Shown here piece by piece: positions 36,722-46,159 of a stretch of DNA of 64,000 nt. Position 1 is the stretch's first letter. Each line of letters starts with the position of its first letter. Below the pieces are notes generated by a model that was not told the origin of the DNA, did not search any database, and saw only the letters and a list, made by a program, of their open reading frames with translations. The stretch is taken from positions 10 through 64,009 of IMG/VR virus record IMGVR_UViG_3300040801_001103. One strand, 5' to 3'. Made by a program: the position numbers and the translations under genes. Origin of the DNA: a virus. Its lineage: Duplodnaviria > Caudoviricetes.

Positions 36722-39547
36722 TTAGTTGTTGGAACCCAATGTGTTCTGCACACGGATGGGAATGTAGATGAATTCCACTGCCTTGGTAGGCTGAATGGCG
36801 ATGTCAATCCACAGTTCGTTTCGATCAATACGATCTGGTGTGTTGTTGCTGGTATCAACCACAGTCACAAAGTCGAACAGTCCACGCTGGCTAACCAGGT
36901 TACCCAGGAAGCGGTCCACCGTAACTTTGGCATTCTGTCGTGTGATCTCATCGTTAGGCTCAAACAAGAATGGCTTGACAATGTCATCCAGTCGCTCACG
37001 GATGAACACAACAAGACGTGCAACGTTGATGCGGTCCAATGCACTAGCATTGGGGCTCAATGTCTTCTGTCCAAACACAGCCAGTCCACGGTTAGGGAAG
37101 CTGCCAATTGGGTTAACGCTGTTCAGGTACAAGCTATCACGCTGTCCTTCACTCAAGCTAACTGCTACATACTCACCACTGTCGGCGTCAATATAGCCCA
37201 CGCTGCTGGCATTGGTTACGATACCACGCTGGAAGCCTGCTGGTGCAAACCATGGGAAGGCAACCTGGTCGTTAAACGCCAAGGTGCGCAGTGCCAAGGT
37301 GCTAGCTGGAACCACGATGTTGTTGCCATCGATGTTGCTAGTCAGTCCTGGTGGGTAGTAAATGCCGCTGTATACATAACGTGTTACCAGACCGTCTTCA
37401 CCAGTCTCGCTCGCGTTATTCTGGTTGGTTGCCCAACGCTGTAGCTCAGTTGCATCTGCACTCAAACGTAGCGGTGTGTCTCCCACAATAAACGCTGTCT
37501 CTTTGCGATCCACGTTCAAGGTAACCATCTCGTCCAACAGCTCAGGGTAACCTGGGCATGCGATTAGATTGAAGCGGTTGCCTTCGTTACGGATGTCAGT
37601 GTTGGTAGCAACTACTGATTGCAGTGCGCGTACTACTGCGCGGCGCTGTGCCTTGCGCAACATGTAAGGTGAACCATCAGCCTTGTTGCCTGAGTAATCA
37701 ACCCAACGGTTGTTCACGCTGTCCCACTGCTTGACGTTACCACCACTACCACGCTTGTTCCAAACCAAAATGCCGTATGGGAACAATGTAACTTGTGGTG
37801 CGTCATCATCCAGTGTTGCTCCGCTGTTTGCGCGTACATCAGCAAACACCATGCCGTCGGCAGTCTCACCATCAGTTGTGTCTACTTGTACCCATGCTGT
37901 TCCGCTGTACTTGAACACCTGTGGGTAATTCTCCAGATCAGCTGAGCTAATCCAAAGGTCACCCACCTGAAGTGGTGTACCATCACTTTGTGTTGAAGGC
38001 TCACTTGCTGCAACGTTGATGTCACCAAAGTAAGTTTCCCAAGTACCGTTGTTATTGTACAAGATATCAATGTTGTCGTTAGATACTAGTGAATCGTACC
38101 ACAATGCACCTTCCGCAACACCACCAAACAACTCAGTTGCACTAGCTTGGTAGCTAAGTTCTTCAAAGTTGCTCAACGTCACAGGATCAGTGTCACTTGT
38201 CTCGTCACCAATAAAAACAGATCCAGGCCCAAAGCCAACAATTTCAGCTGGCTCAAAGTACACATTGCGCCCATTGCGGCTCACAATCTCTATTGATGTG
38301 CCGTTTGTACGAACCACCAAGTCAGATGCTTCAGCTAGAGGATCTGCTGCTCCAAGCGATGCTGAAAACTGGTCCAGGAAGTTGCTGTATGTTACGTTGC
38401 TGCCTGGTCCAGAGTCAGATACTATAATGTCAAAAATAGCTGCGTTGCCGTTCTCCACATTGTTGTCGTTCACAATAACACGCAGAGCTACGTTAGATCC
38501 GTTTAGCAGAACCAGTTCTGGAATTTCCTGATCCAGTATCTCAGAGGAATAAGTTGCAACAACAAGCTCGTCTTGTCCATTGTGACGCTTGATTTGAATA
38601 ACAGCTCTATCTGATTCGAAGTCAGCCCACAGGTCGCCCTGTGTTACTCCGCCTGCTGCTGTATACACTGCATACGCCTCAAAAGAGAACTCACGGTTAA
38701 CCACTGTTTCTGTAACAAATTGTCCTGCTACACTGTCATAAACTTTTACTTCCAGCACTGTACCGTTATTGGGTGCTGTGGTTTGTAGCATTACATCACC
38801 GCTTGCCAAAGAGCTGCTATCTGAACGGCTAATTGGCAGAGCTGTGTGGGGAGCTACTTGGAAATCGGCACTAGCTTTGTTAGCTATCCAATCGCTGCTG
38901 CCCACCACGAACCATACGTTGTTAATTTTTTCCCAGATCACAATCTGGTCCAATGTGGTACCATCTGGGTCGGCTACTACTGCTGCAAAACTACCTTCTA
39001 CTCCAGCACTAGGACGTGGACGAACAGTGTCAGGCCCAGTGCGTTGTGTCTGCAAAGGATCCAAAATGCTCACTGGCTGTGCTACCCAGTTGGTGCCGTC
39101 CCACTCTTTGATGCCCAGTACACTTTGAGCAGTGTCTAGCCAATATGTGCCGTCTGCTGGTGCGCTGTTAGGAGGTGTAAAGCTTCCTTCCAGCTGATCC
39201 AGATCAATGTCTGCACGTAGAACGTATGCACGGTTGGCAATGCCCAGGTAGCTAAACGCTGCCTGCAAACCATACTCGTTCAATTCGTTTCCGTGTAGCG
39301 GGGTTCCGCCTGATGTTTTAAAGTCTGGATTGCCGTAACCGCCCAGCAACTGACGCTGACTTGTGATTAGCTTGACTTCACCAGCTTGTGCTGCTGTGGT
39401 AAATTCTGCTAAACCAAGTCCGTCAGGGCTAGATTTGTCTTGTGCGGTGGCAATGATGATTAGAGGTACTGTGCCAGGACCCCCTCCGGCTGTAAAGCTC
39501 TCGTCAGTGACGGTAACCTGTACGCCTGGTGATACTAATTCTGCCAT
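36722..39547 (-). CDS. Tail sheath protein (gp18-like)
   Basis: LVSPGV.V..DES, PWFAPAG..RG, FGQKT, RINVARL, FEPND, P.KAVEFI. Confidence 0.96.
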   Translation of the reverse strand: MAELVSPGVQVTVTDESFTAGGGPGTVPLIIIATAQDKSSPDGLGLAEFTTAAQAGEVKLITSQRQLLGGYGNPDFKTSGGTPLHGNELNEYGLQAAFSYLGIANRAYVLRADIDLDQLEGSFTPPNSAPADGTYWLDTAQSVLGIKEWDGTNWVAQPVSILDPLQTQRTGPDTVRPRPSAGVEGSFAAVVADPDGTTLDQIVIWEKINNVWFVVGSSDWIANKASADFQVAPHTALPISRSDSSSLASGDVMLQTTAPNNGTVLEVKVYDSVAGQFVTETVVNREFSFEAYAVYTAAGGVTQGDLWADFESDRAVIQIKRHNGQDELVVATYSSEILDQEIPELVLLNGSNVALRVIVNDNNVENGNAAIFDIIVSDSGPGSNVTYSNFLDQFSASLGAADPLAEASDLVVRTNGTSIEIVSRNGRNVYFEPAEIVGFGPGSVFIGDETSDTDPVTLSNFEELSYQASATELFGGVAEGALWYDSLVSNDNIDILYNNNGTWETYFGDINVAASEPSTQSDGTPLQVGDLWISSADLENYPQVFKYSGTAWVQVDTTDGETADGMVFADVRANSGATLDDDAPQVTLFPYGILVWNKRGSGGNVKQWDSVNNRWVDYSGNKADGSPYMLRKAQRRAVVRALQSVVATNTDIRNEGNRFNLIACPGYPELLDEMVTLNVDRKETAFIVGDTPLRLSADATELQRWATNQNNASETGEDGLVTRYVYSGIYYPPGLTSNIDGNNIVVPASTLALRTLAFNDQVAFPWFAPAGFQRGIVTNASSVGYIDADSGEYVAVSLSEGQRDSLYLNSVNPIGSFPNRGLAVFGQKTLSPNASALDRINVARLVVFIRERLDDIVKPFLFEPNDEITRQNAKVTVDRFLGNLVSQRGLFDFVTVVDTSNNTPDRIDRNELWIDIAIQPTKAVEFIYIPIRVQNTLGSNN

Positions 39548-39580
39548 GTTGTTCTCCCGATATATGTTTATGGATACTGG

Positions 39581-39588
39581 TATTTATA
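39581..39588 (-). promoter_or_regulatory. Late promoter (TATAAATA)
   Basis: Perfect T4 consensus upstream of sheath. Confidence 0.75.
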
Positions 39589-39659
39589 CAAAACGGGAGA
39601 AAAACGTATTAAACGGATTTAGTGCACATCAGGATCGTACGGTTTCGATAAATAGACCC

Positions 39660-40310
39660 TCAAACCATGCGAAGCTTGGTTTGGGCAAACTCGTTCATCA
39701 TGGATAGCACAGCGTGGTTGAGATCTTCCATGGAGCCATCATTTGTGATGATCTTGTCCACAGGATAGCCAGCCCAGTCCCACTCGGAACGATGTACATC
39801 AGCGTGGCGTGTTTCCATGATGCGCTCTGCTAGCACATTGCCGCCTGTTGCGTCACATGCAGTCTGGTACCATTCAGGCAGTTTGCCACGTTGTACCCAA
39901 ACCACTTTGCCACCCATGCGCTGTATGATTTTCAGCTCATTGCGAAAGCGGCAATCGCTTATGACTTTGTTGGCGTTGTGAGTTTTGTGGAAACGATATT
40001 CCAGACTGTTCAACCAGATGTCTTGATGGAAATGGTCGCGCATTATGTCAGTGCCCAACAATTGTAATGCCAGTCGAGGTGTAAAGTTGGCAATGTCCAG
40101 CTTGCGGCTCCAAAACATGTCAGGTGTTTCACGGAAGCCTCTGCTTTCCATGGTGTCACCTTCCAGCAACTCTCTAGGCCACCCAAATACTGCTGCGCAA
40201 AGATCCTTCAAGGGTGCTGCAAAACTATCAGTCTGATAACCTTGCTTAACTAAAATGTCGGAAACGGTGCCTTTTCCTGAACCTATAAATCCAACTAAAC
40301 CAATTACCAT
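39660..40310 (-). CDS. Deoxynucleoside monophosphate kinase (T4 gp1-like)
   Basis: IGLVGFIGSGKGT, FAAPLK, TPRLALQLLGT, ISDCRF.NE, H.SE. Confidence 0.9.
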   Translation of the reverse strand: MVIGLVGFIGSGKGTVSDILVKQGYQTDSFAAPLKDLCAAVFGWPRELLEGDTMESRGFRETPDMFWSRKLDIANFTPRLALQLLGTDIMRDHFHQDIWLNSLEYRFHKTHNANKVISDCRFRNELKIIQRMGGKVVWVQRGKLPEWYQTACDATGGNVLAERIMETRHADVHRSEWDWAGYPVDKIITNDGSMEDLNHAVLSMMNEFAQTKLRMV

Positions 40311-40327
40311 GTGTGTCCTCTCTGTTA

Positions 40328-41083
40328 TTATCCGATGGTGAAACCCAAAGGGCTGTTTCCTTCCTCCATGTTACTTATAGACTCTAGCAAATCTTGCACC
40401 TCTTGCTGGCCTTCGGCCTTGAGTTGTTCACCATTTAGTGTGATTGCGCCGCCTGCTCCTGGCAATCCACTCTGATACTTGCTGCGGGCTTCACCCAACA
40501 TCAGCTTGCATTGCGCTAATGCATAACTGGCTATCCAAAAGCTAGCGTACACATCCTTGAGCAGCACACATTCTGGAACATAGTTATAGCACATACACAG
40601 TATGTCTTCTTCTGCTCTGACGTTGCGCAACAGACGAAGAATTTTGCTGTTGTGATTCCATTGGAAGTCGTATTCACCACCAAATATTCTGCCGGCTGTT
40701 TCCTTCCACTGTGAGTAAAAGTCAAAAGTGCTCAGCCCACCTCCAGCACTGGCGCTCAACAGATAAGCATTAGCGTATGCTGCGTCAAAAGGATCGAAGT
40801 TTGTTCCAGTGCCGCTGTTGGTGCCTATGCCACGGCGATAAACGCGACGTATTTCCATGATTTCACTGGGAAGTTGATATTCAACCTGGTCAGGTTTGGT
40901 GCTGATAAACAGCACACTCTCTTCCACACTACCGCCACTGATCTGGCGGTATTTGCCGAACGCTTGCTTGATTGCTACATCATAGTGCTCACGATCCAGT
41001 TCAACATCAACAATGCCGTCTGCTAGTCGTAACTGAAGTTCTCGTATGAGGTCTTGCCGATCTTTATACCCAATGTCATCCAT
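40328..41083 (-). CDS. Neck protein (gp13-like)
   Basis: VDVEL, Y.LA..K..LG..RSKY...LPG.GG..LNG. Confidence 0.82.
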   Translation of the reverse strand: MDDIGYKDRQDLIRELQLRLADGIVDVELDREHYDVAIKQAFGKYRQISGGSVEESVLFISTKPDQVEYQLPSEIMEIRRVYRRGIGTNSGTGTNFDPFDAAYANAYLLSASAGGGLSTFDFYSQWKETAGRIFGGEYDFQWNHNSKILRLLRNVRAEEDILCMCYNYVPECVLLKDVYASFWIASYALAQCKLMLGEARSKYQSGLPGAGGAITLNGEQLKAEGQQEVQDLLESISNMEEGNSPLGFTIG

Positions 41084-41088
41084 GCCGT

Positions 41089-41096
41089 TATTTATC
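41089..41096 (-). promoter_or_regulatory. Late promoter (GATAAATA) 5 nt from ATG
   Basis: Direct read. Confidence 0.65.
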
Positions 41097-42261
41097 AGAA
41101 AACCTTGAGCAATAGCGTGTGCTCGTTCAGTCGACCATTCATCTTGGTCTCTGAAGCATTGACTTCCTTGTACAGTTTGTCAATTTTGGTACGGGCCAAC
41201 TTGTCGGCTCCCTTGAGCAATACCTCTGGCTTGCGGATGGTCTTCTGTGTACTAGTAGCAGCATCAAAACCCACAATGGTTGTGCCCTTTACACTGAGCT
41301 CCATGCCTTGCTCAGCTCTGTAAATGCCTAGCTTGCGGTTCTTGGTGTTGAACACCCACAGTGCGTTGGCGCCAATAATGCTCACGGGATTGATGCTAGC
41401 CAAACCCAGGCTGGACTCTGAATCCTTGAACTTGATCTTTTCCACTAACTTGGTCTTGTTGAGTGACTTCTTGACGCGAGGCTTGCGATGTGCCTTGGCT
41501 TCGTTTATCACCGTGTCCAGCGCCGCAAACAGAACATCATAAAACTTTTCCATCTGCTTGCGTTTGCGAGGCGTGTCCAGGTGTGCATAACCTTCTTTGA
41601 TATCTTCATCCTTCCATGCCACAACTTCCAGAGCTTCCTGGTATCCCAGCTCAAACATGTCACGCAGAATCTTGGCGTGGGCGGCTTTGATATCCACCTC
41701 GTAAGATTTGATCATGTTGTAGGGCTCGAACTTCTCGGGCGTGAGAGTGCCATCAACAATCTGGTCCAGTGACCATTCCAGTTCACCTGCAAGTTCACCC
41801 ACTTGCTCACGCATGCGGTCCTGAATACTCACAACAGGTGCCGCAGGCTTCTTGCTCTCAGCTTCTTTCTCAATCGCCTCAGCTTGCTCAATCTTGCGGG
41901 CCTTCTCCAAGAGTGAGTTGTAGTATTGCTCTACCTTGTCAGCTCGTTCTTGCGTGAGTATGCCACCTTTGTTGGCAATGTAAGTGTACTTGCCTATGGT
42001 GCTGAAGTGGTAGTCAGGCAGCTTCTTGAGCACACGACTGTCTTGCACACTAAAATTCTTGGCACAGTACTTGACAAACTCGCTAGCCAGAGTTTTGTCA
42101 GCAATCTCATAATGCAGATAGAACTCTGCTTCCCAAAACAATCGATCGTAGTCACGCTTGATGCCACCGCTGCGAATGGGTTTGGCTTCCGGATTGATCA
42201 ATGCCCACTCTGGGCGGGCAAAGCCAGTGGCATTGCCCAAGTTCTTTTTCTTTACTGCCAT
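41095..42261 (-). CDS. Conserved T4-like phage hypothetical protein
   Basis: SI.P..IIGA..LWVFNTK.RKL, VKGTTI, RKP, NGRLN. Confidence 0.75.
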   Translation of the reverse strand: MAVKKKNLGNATGFARPEWALINPEAKPIRSGGIKRDYDRLFWEAEFYLHYEIADKTLASEFVKYCAKNFSVQDSRVLKKLPDYHFSTIGKYTYIANKGGILTQERADKVEQYYNSLLEKARKIEQAEAIEKEAESKKPAAPVVSIQDRMREQVGELAGELEWSLDQIVDGTLTPEKFEPYNMIKSYEVDIKAAHAKILRDMFELGYQEALEVVAWKDEDIKEGYAHLDTPRKRKQMEKFYDVLFAALDTVINEAKAHRKPRVKKSLNKTKLVEKIKFKDSESSLGLASINPVSIIGANALWVFNTKNRKLGIYRAEQGMELSVKGTTIVGFDAATSTQKTIRKPEVLLKGADKLARTKIDKLYKEVNASETKMNGRLNEHTLLLKVF

Positions 42262-42277
42262 TCAAATCTCCTTGTTA

Positions 42278-42979
42278 TTATCCCAAGTAGCCATCACGAT
42301 TGATCTGACCGCCCGTGCTGCGCAGCGTGTAAGTCATGCCGCGCATAATTTTACTGTGTCGCCCACTCTTGAGGTCAACAGTGGTACCGCATGTTGCGCG
42401 GTACGTGAACACTTTGCTGGGCTTACTAGGCTTACGAGGCGCAGTCTGCATCTGGTGACAACGGCTAGCCTGTTGACCAATCAGCATCATGATGCCTTTC
42501 CAGTATCTACCATGACCCTTGCCGTGGAGCTTGTAATGCTGGACCGCAATAATGTGCGCTGCTTCATGACCAGGCGTGTCATCAATAAAAGTTTGCCCGT
42601 TCAAGTCCAACAATGTCTGGCTCAGGGTGATGACAGGCTTCTCTACGCAGTAGTGGCGTCCCCAGGACCACTTGGCAGTGCCAGCAGTTCTGGTCATCTT
42701 GCTGCTGAACTCCACAACAGGTCTTTCAAACTCACAACCAAAATGTTCTTCAGCAATAGTAAACGCTTGTTCGATTTTGTCAAGACATTTTTGCTGCGCA
42801 TCAGTATAGCCACGCCGCACACTAGCGGCCGCAGTCTTTACTTTGGGAACCACAGCCCCGTCAATAAAGCCTTTCTTGGCCAGGGCTGCTATCATGCCCT
42901 TGTCAATTCCAGCAGTATTGCCTTGTGAACGGATCTTGTCCAGTGCATCTTGCTGACGAGAAGTGAGGGATTGTGACAT
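42278..42979 (-). CDS. SprT-like zinc metalloprotease
   Basis: TAG.A, HEAAH, HG..WK..M, CH, Y...CG. Confidence 0.85.
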   Translation of the reverse strand: MSQSLTSRQQDALDKIRSQGNTAGIDKGMIAALAKKGFIDGAVVPKVKTAAASVRRGYTDAQQKCLDKIEQAFTIAEEHFGCEFERPVVEFSSKMTRTAGTAKWSWGRHYCVEKPVITLSQTLLDLNGQTFIDDTPGHEAAHIIAVQHYKLHGKGHGRYWKGIMMLIGQQASRCHQMQTAPRKPSKPSKVFTYRATCGTTVDLKSGRHSKIMRGMTYTLRSTGGQINRDGYLG

Positions 42980-43011
42980 TTTCTTGCTCCGCTTTATTAA
43001 CCTACATACTT

Positions 43012-43039
43012 AGTCTAGCAAAACGACCGGATATGTCAA
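43012..43039 (-). promoter_or_regulatory. Early promoter TTGACA-N16-TAGACT
   Basis: Spacer GGTCGTTTTGC shared with 20515 copy. Confidence 0.75.
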
Positions 43040-43054
43040 CTTTCAGTACTTATG

Positions 43055-43067
43055 TAAGTTGTTGATA
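43055..43067 (-). promoter_or_regulatory. IHF-consensus site
   Basis: TATCAACAACTTA = WATCAANNNNTTR. Confidence 0.55.
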
Positions 43068-43097
43068 TTATTGGAGTTTTGAAAAAAGTTGAATCTT

Positions 43098-43664
43098 TTA
43101 TGCGTTCTGGAGCTTTTTGAACCAGGCTTCCATGCGCTCTTCGGCTTCCATCTCCAGTCGATAAGCTCGCTCTTCCTGCTTGCGCTCTTGCTCTGCAAAG
43201 CGGCTCTTTTGCTCACGCCACTCTGCATCCAGACTACGCTGTGTCACGCTCTTAGCGAGCGTCTGAGCCTCTTCTGCTTCTTTCTGGGCACCTACACAAG
43301 CCCTATCAACAGGTGCTACAGCCACTCGAGCAGGTTTGCTAGCCTTGCGCTGCGCTTCTGCATCCAGCTGGCGCCAGTATTTGGCGATGCGCATGGTGCC
43401 CTTGGCGTTGGGCTTCATCCAGCGCTCAATCTGCCAGTCCAGCATGCTGCGATGCTTCAGGAAGTATTTGGCGCTGATACACCCGCTGTGAGCGTCTCCG
43501 CCTGTAAATCCCACCCCGTTATCCACGTTGGTGACACTAGCAGCTTTTTCGCCCTCAGTCTGGTTGTTGAAGATCACCACCAGTGCCCGGCCAATAAACT
43601 CAGCACGTTTCTCAGGGTTATTGGTCAGGAAGTTTTGGATGTACTCTTTTGTCACAATAGCCAT
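43098..43664 (-). CDS. Early hypothetical protein
   Basis: QT..E...NGVGF.G.DA...KY..QL motif. Confidence 0.75.
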   Translation of the reverse strand: MAIVTKEYIQNFLTNNPEKRAEFIGRALVVIFNNQTEGEKAASVTNVDNGVGFTGGDAHSGCISAKYFLKHRSMLDWQIERWMKPNAKGTMRIAKYWRQLDAEAQRKASKPARVAVAPVDRACVGAQKEAEEAQTLAKSVTQRSLDAEWREQKSRFAEQERKQEERAYRLEMEAEERMEAWFKKLQNA

Positions 43665-43861
43665 TAGATTTTGCCCTCTTGTGTGACTGCCGCCATGTTT
43701 TGTAACGCCACGGTGGCTTCCATGCCAGCATCATCAAGTTCATTATTTTGAATATAACAAAGTGCTTCTTCCGCTATATTCAACTTGGCTTTCAGCGTAT
43801 CTATCTGTTCTTTAGCGGCCATCAATTCTGTAACTTCTTCGTCGCTTAACCAGATACTCAT
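43664..43861 (-). CDS. Early hypothetical coiled-coil protein
   Basis: AAGGAG SD; TAATG overlap. Confidence 0.65.
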   Translation of the reverse strand: MSIWLSDEEVTELMAAKEQIDTLKAKLNIAEEALCYIQNNELDDAGMEATVALQNMAAVTQEGKI

Positions 43862-43871
43862 CGTTATCTCC

Positions 43872-44144
43872 TTACGCTATATGTGCTGTTTCGGGGATGA
43901 TGCTGAACTGGACGTAGCCATATTCTTCCGCCACTGCCCACTCCAGGGCTCGAATCTTGCCCTCAAACTGGCTGTATACAATGCTGTCCACGTCCCTGCA
44001 GAACGCCTCGCACTCGTTAGCGCCAAAGCCTGTAACAGTAACCACATCATCAATGTCGTCTACCTTGAGGTTCCCGTTACGCTTGACGCTGGGGAACTCC
44101 CTGGAAATCGCTCTTGCTACTTGGTGTGTTATCAACTGGGCCAT
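43872..44144 (-). CDS. Early hypothetical protein
   Basis: Promoter and GGAG SD. Confidence 0.7.
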   Translation of the reverse strand: MAQLITHQVARAISREFPSVKRNGNLKVDDIDDVVTVTGFGANECEAFCRDVDSIVYSQFEGKIRALEWAVAEEYGYVQFSIIPETAHIA

Positions 44145-44174
44145 TTCTGCTCCGCTTCTTTAACCTACACACAT

Positions 44175-44202
44175 ATGATAGCATAACGACCAGAAGTGTC
44201 AA
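44175..44202 (-). promoter_or_regulatory. Early promoter TTGACA-N16-TATCAT
   Basis: Spacer GGTCGTTATGC. Confidence 0.78.
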
Positions 44203-44207
44203 GCCTG

Positions 44208-44220
44208 TAAGTGCTTGATT
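44208..44220 (-). promoter_or_regulatory. IHF-consensus site
   Basis: AATCAAGCACTTA, identical to the 20606/20643 sites. Confidence 0.55.
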
Positions 44221-44245
44221 TAGTTGGAGTTATGAAAAAAGTTGG

Positions 44246-44267
44246 GCGGGCTATGTAGAAAGCCCGC
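44246..44267 (-). terminator. Possible terminator hairpin
   Basis: GCGGGCT/AGCCCGC stem after lipoprotein gene. Confidence 0.45.
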
Positions 44268-44279
44268 TATGTAGAGGTG

Positions 44280-45035
44280 TTACGGGCTAATTATGACCCC
44301 GCGAGAGATTAAACTATCAATTATCTGCTGATAGTCGTTAGAGATTTCGGAAAAGTTTGCCTGACCGTATTCATAGCCTTGCGTTGCTGTTTCGACTACT
44401 GCACCCAAGCCTGTGGCATAAAGGTCTTCTGCGAGCACAAAACCGTCACGACTCACGTCAGATACAGCATCAAGCCCTTGACTGGCGATCCCAGTTGTCG
44501 CATCCAAACCAGCTTGATTGGATACCGCTAGTGCATCAAACCCTGCTTGTCCAAGATCAGCTATAGCGCCCACACTTACTGCGGTAGCCGCTGTGCTTTC
44601 AGCATATTGCTGCCCCAAGCCCAATACCATGGATTGGTTCCCCAGCTGGATGTTCTCCTGGCTTTGGAAGTTGGCCATTTGTACTCTGGCTGCATTATCG
44701 CTAGCATTCTTGGCTACATCTGCCTGTAGTGCAATACCAGCTACTGCCGCTACTGGTGCCGCTAGAATACGTCCCCAAGTTAACGACTCGGACTCTACAT
44801 ACTGTGGAGCCACAATACGATCTTGCGTCATGGCTATGGCCATGGTTGCTACTGCTGAGGTAGTGGGATCTTGACTTGCTGCCATTCCAGACAGTGCCAA
44901 GTATCGAGCTTCTTGCTGTCTGGCATTTGCCTCGGCAGCTTCGCCTATTGCTCTGTAGTAATTTTCTTGCGATGTGTTTGCACAGCCTGTCACAAACAGC
45001 AAAGCAAGGATACTGATTACCAATTTAATTTTCAT
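44280..45035 (-). CDS. Lipoprotein
   Basis: Signal peptide II with lipobox VTG/C; Ala/Gly-rich amphipathic repeats. Confidence 0.75.
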   Translation of the reverse strand: MKIKLVISILALLFVTGCANTSQENYYRAIGEAAEANARQQEARYLALSGMAASQDPTTSAVATMAIAMTQDRIVAPQYVESESLTWGRILAAPVAAVAGIALQADVAKNASDNAARVQMANFQSQENIQLGNQSMVLGLGQQYAESTAATAVSVGAIADLGQAGFDALAVSNQAGLDATTGIASQGLDAVSDVSRDGFVLAEDLYATGLGAVVETATQGYEYGQANFSEISNDYQQIIDSLISRGVIISP

Positions 45036-45070
45036 GGTTTTCTCCTGTTAATATGCTTTGGACAATTACC

Positions 45071-45078
45071 GATAAATA
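45071..45078 (+). promoter_or_regulatory. Late promoter (GATAAATA) 5 nt from ATG
   Basis: Direct read. Confidence 0.65.
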
Positions 45079-45083
45079 CTGGC

Positions 45084-46157
45084 ATGCCACGTTTAAGTCT
45101 CTGGAATCCCATTAAATCAAACGATTTTTCGTTTATCGATCGCATTGTAGGCGAGCACATGTACGCCGGAGGCACGGGTGTCTTGGTTCATAGATACCTG
45201 GGTATCCAAGGTGGTATCAACTCACCTGACGGCGACTTAACGCAACCTACCAGTACACCAAGTGACTCCGAAGTATTTATCCAGGATCTACTATTTTTGG
45301 AAAACAGAGACCGCAAATACGATAAAACCATATACGAGTTGCGTGGGCAATACAATATCCAGGACGCAGATGCATATGATCTCACCCAGTTTGGTCTGTT
45401 CCTGCAAAGCGATACAGTTTTCATGAACTTTCACATCGAGAGCATGGTGGAAAGCTTGGGTCGAAAGCTTATGCCTGGTGACGTTCTAGAGCTACCGCAC
45501 TTGCGCGACGACTTGCTGCTGGGCAGCGAGGATGCCATCAACCGCTTCTACGTGGTACAGGAAGGTGCTCGACCTAGCGAAGGATATGATCCCATGTGGT
45601 GGCCACACCTGTGGCGTGTCAAGCTAGGACCCATCAGCGACAGCCAAGAGTACAGAGACATCTTGGGTACTGGTGAGAATGAGGACGATCTCAGAAACTT
45701 CGTGAGCCAGTATGAGAAAGACATTCAGATTAACGATGCTGTGTTAGCGCAAGCTGAAAAAGACGTACAGTTTGATCCGCAATATCGCAAGAACGCACAC
45801 CTGTACTTTGATCCCACAGTGCCAGACAAACCCACCTTGGGTTTTGACTACATGGGCGGCGGTGCTACACCCCCAAATGGTGAAATGGTATCAGGTAGTG
45901 GCGCAAGCTTCCCCACAGAGAATGTCCACGAAGGAGATTATTTTTTGAGGACTGATTTTATGCCCAACAGGCTGTTCCAGAAGCAAGGCAACTTGTGGAA
46001 ACGTATATCAGATGATAACCGCAATGCTTGGGCAGCCGCAGACAAAGTACTCACCAGTTTCATCAACAACGACGACACTACAGAATACACAGACGGCGAA
46101 ATTGCTCCAGTCAAGACTAACTTGAGCAAGGTTGTGCGTCCCAAGACGGATGACTGA
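45084..46157 (+). CDS. Neck/head-closure protein (gp14-like)
   Basis: Start re-assigned to MPRLSLW; DLLFLENRDRKY, L.QFG, GDVLELP. Confidence 0.75.
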   Translation: MPRLSLWNPIKSNDFSFIDRIVGEHMYAGGTGVLVHRYLGIQGGINSPDGDLTQPTSTPSDSEVFIQDLLFLENRDRKYDKTIYELRGQYNIQDADAYDLTQFGLFLQSDTVFMNFHIESMVESLGRKLMPGDVLELPHLRDDLLLGSEDAINRFYVVQEGARPSEGYDPMWWPHLWRVKLGPISDSQEYRDILGTGENEDDLRNFVSQYEKDIQINDAVLAQAEKDVQFDPQYRKNAHLYFDPTVPDKPTLGFDYMGGGATPPNGEMVSGSGASFPTENVHEGDYFLRTDFMPNRLFQKQGNLWKRISDDNRNAWAAADKVLTSFINNDDTTEYTDGEIAPVKTNLSKVVRPKTDD

Positions 46158-46159
46158 AC

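Noticed and set aside
42158-43667. Plus-strand ORFs of 256 and 192 aa
   Set aside because: Antisense to well-supported minus-strand genes with promoters
44871-45083. N-terminal extension of the gp14-like ORF
   Set aside because: Overlaps the lipoprotein gene on the opposite strand; late promoter places the start at 45084
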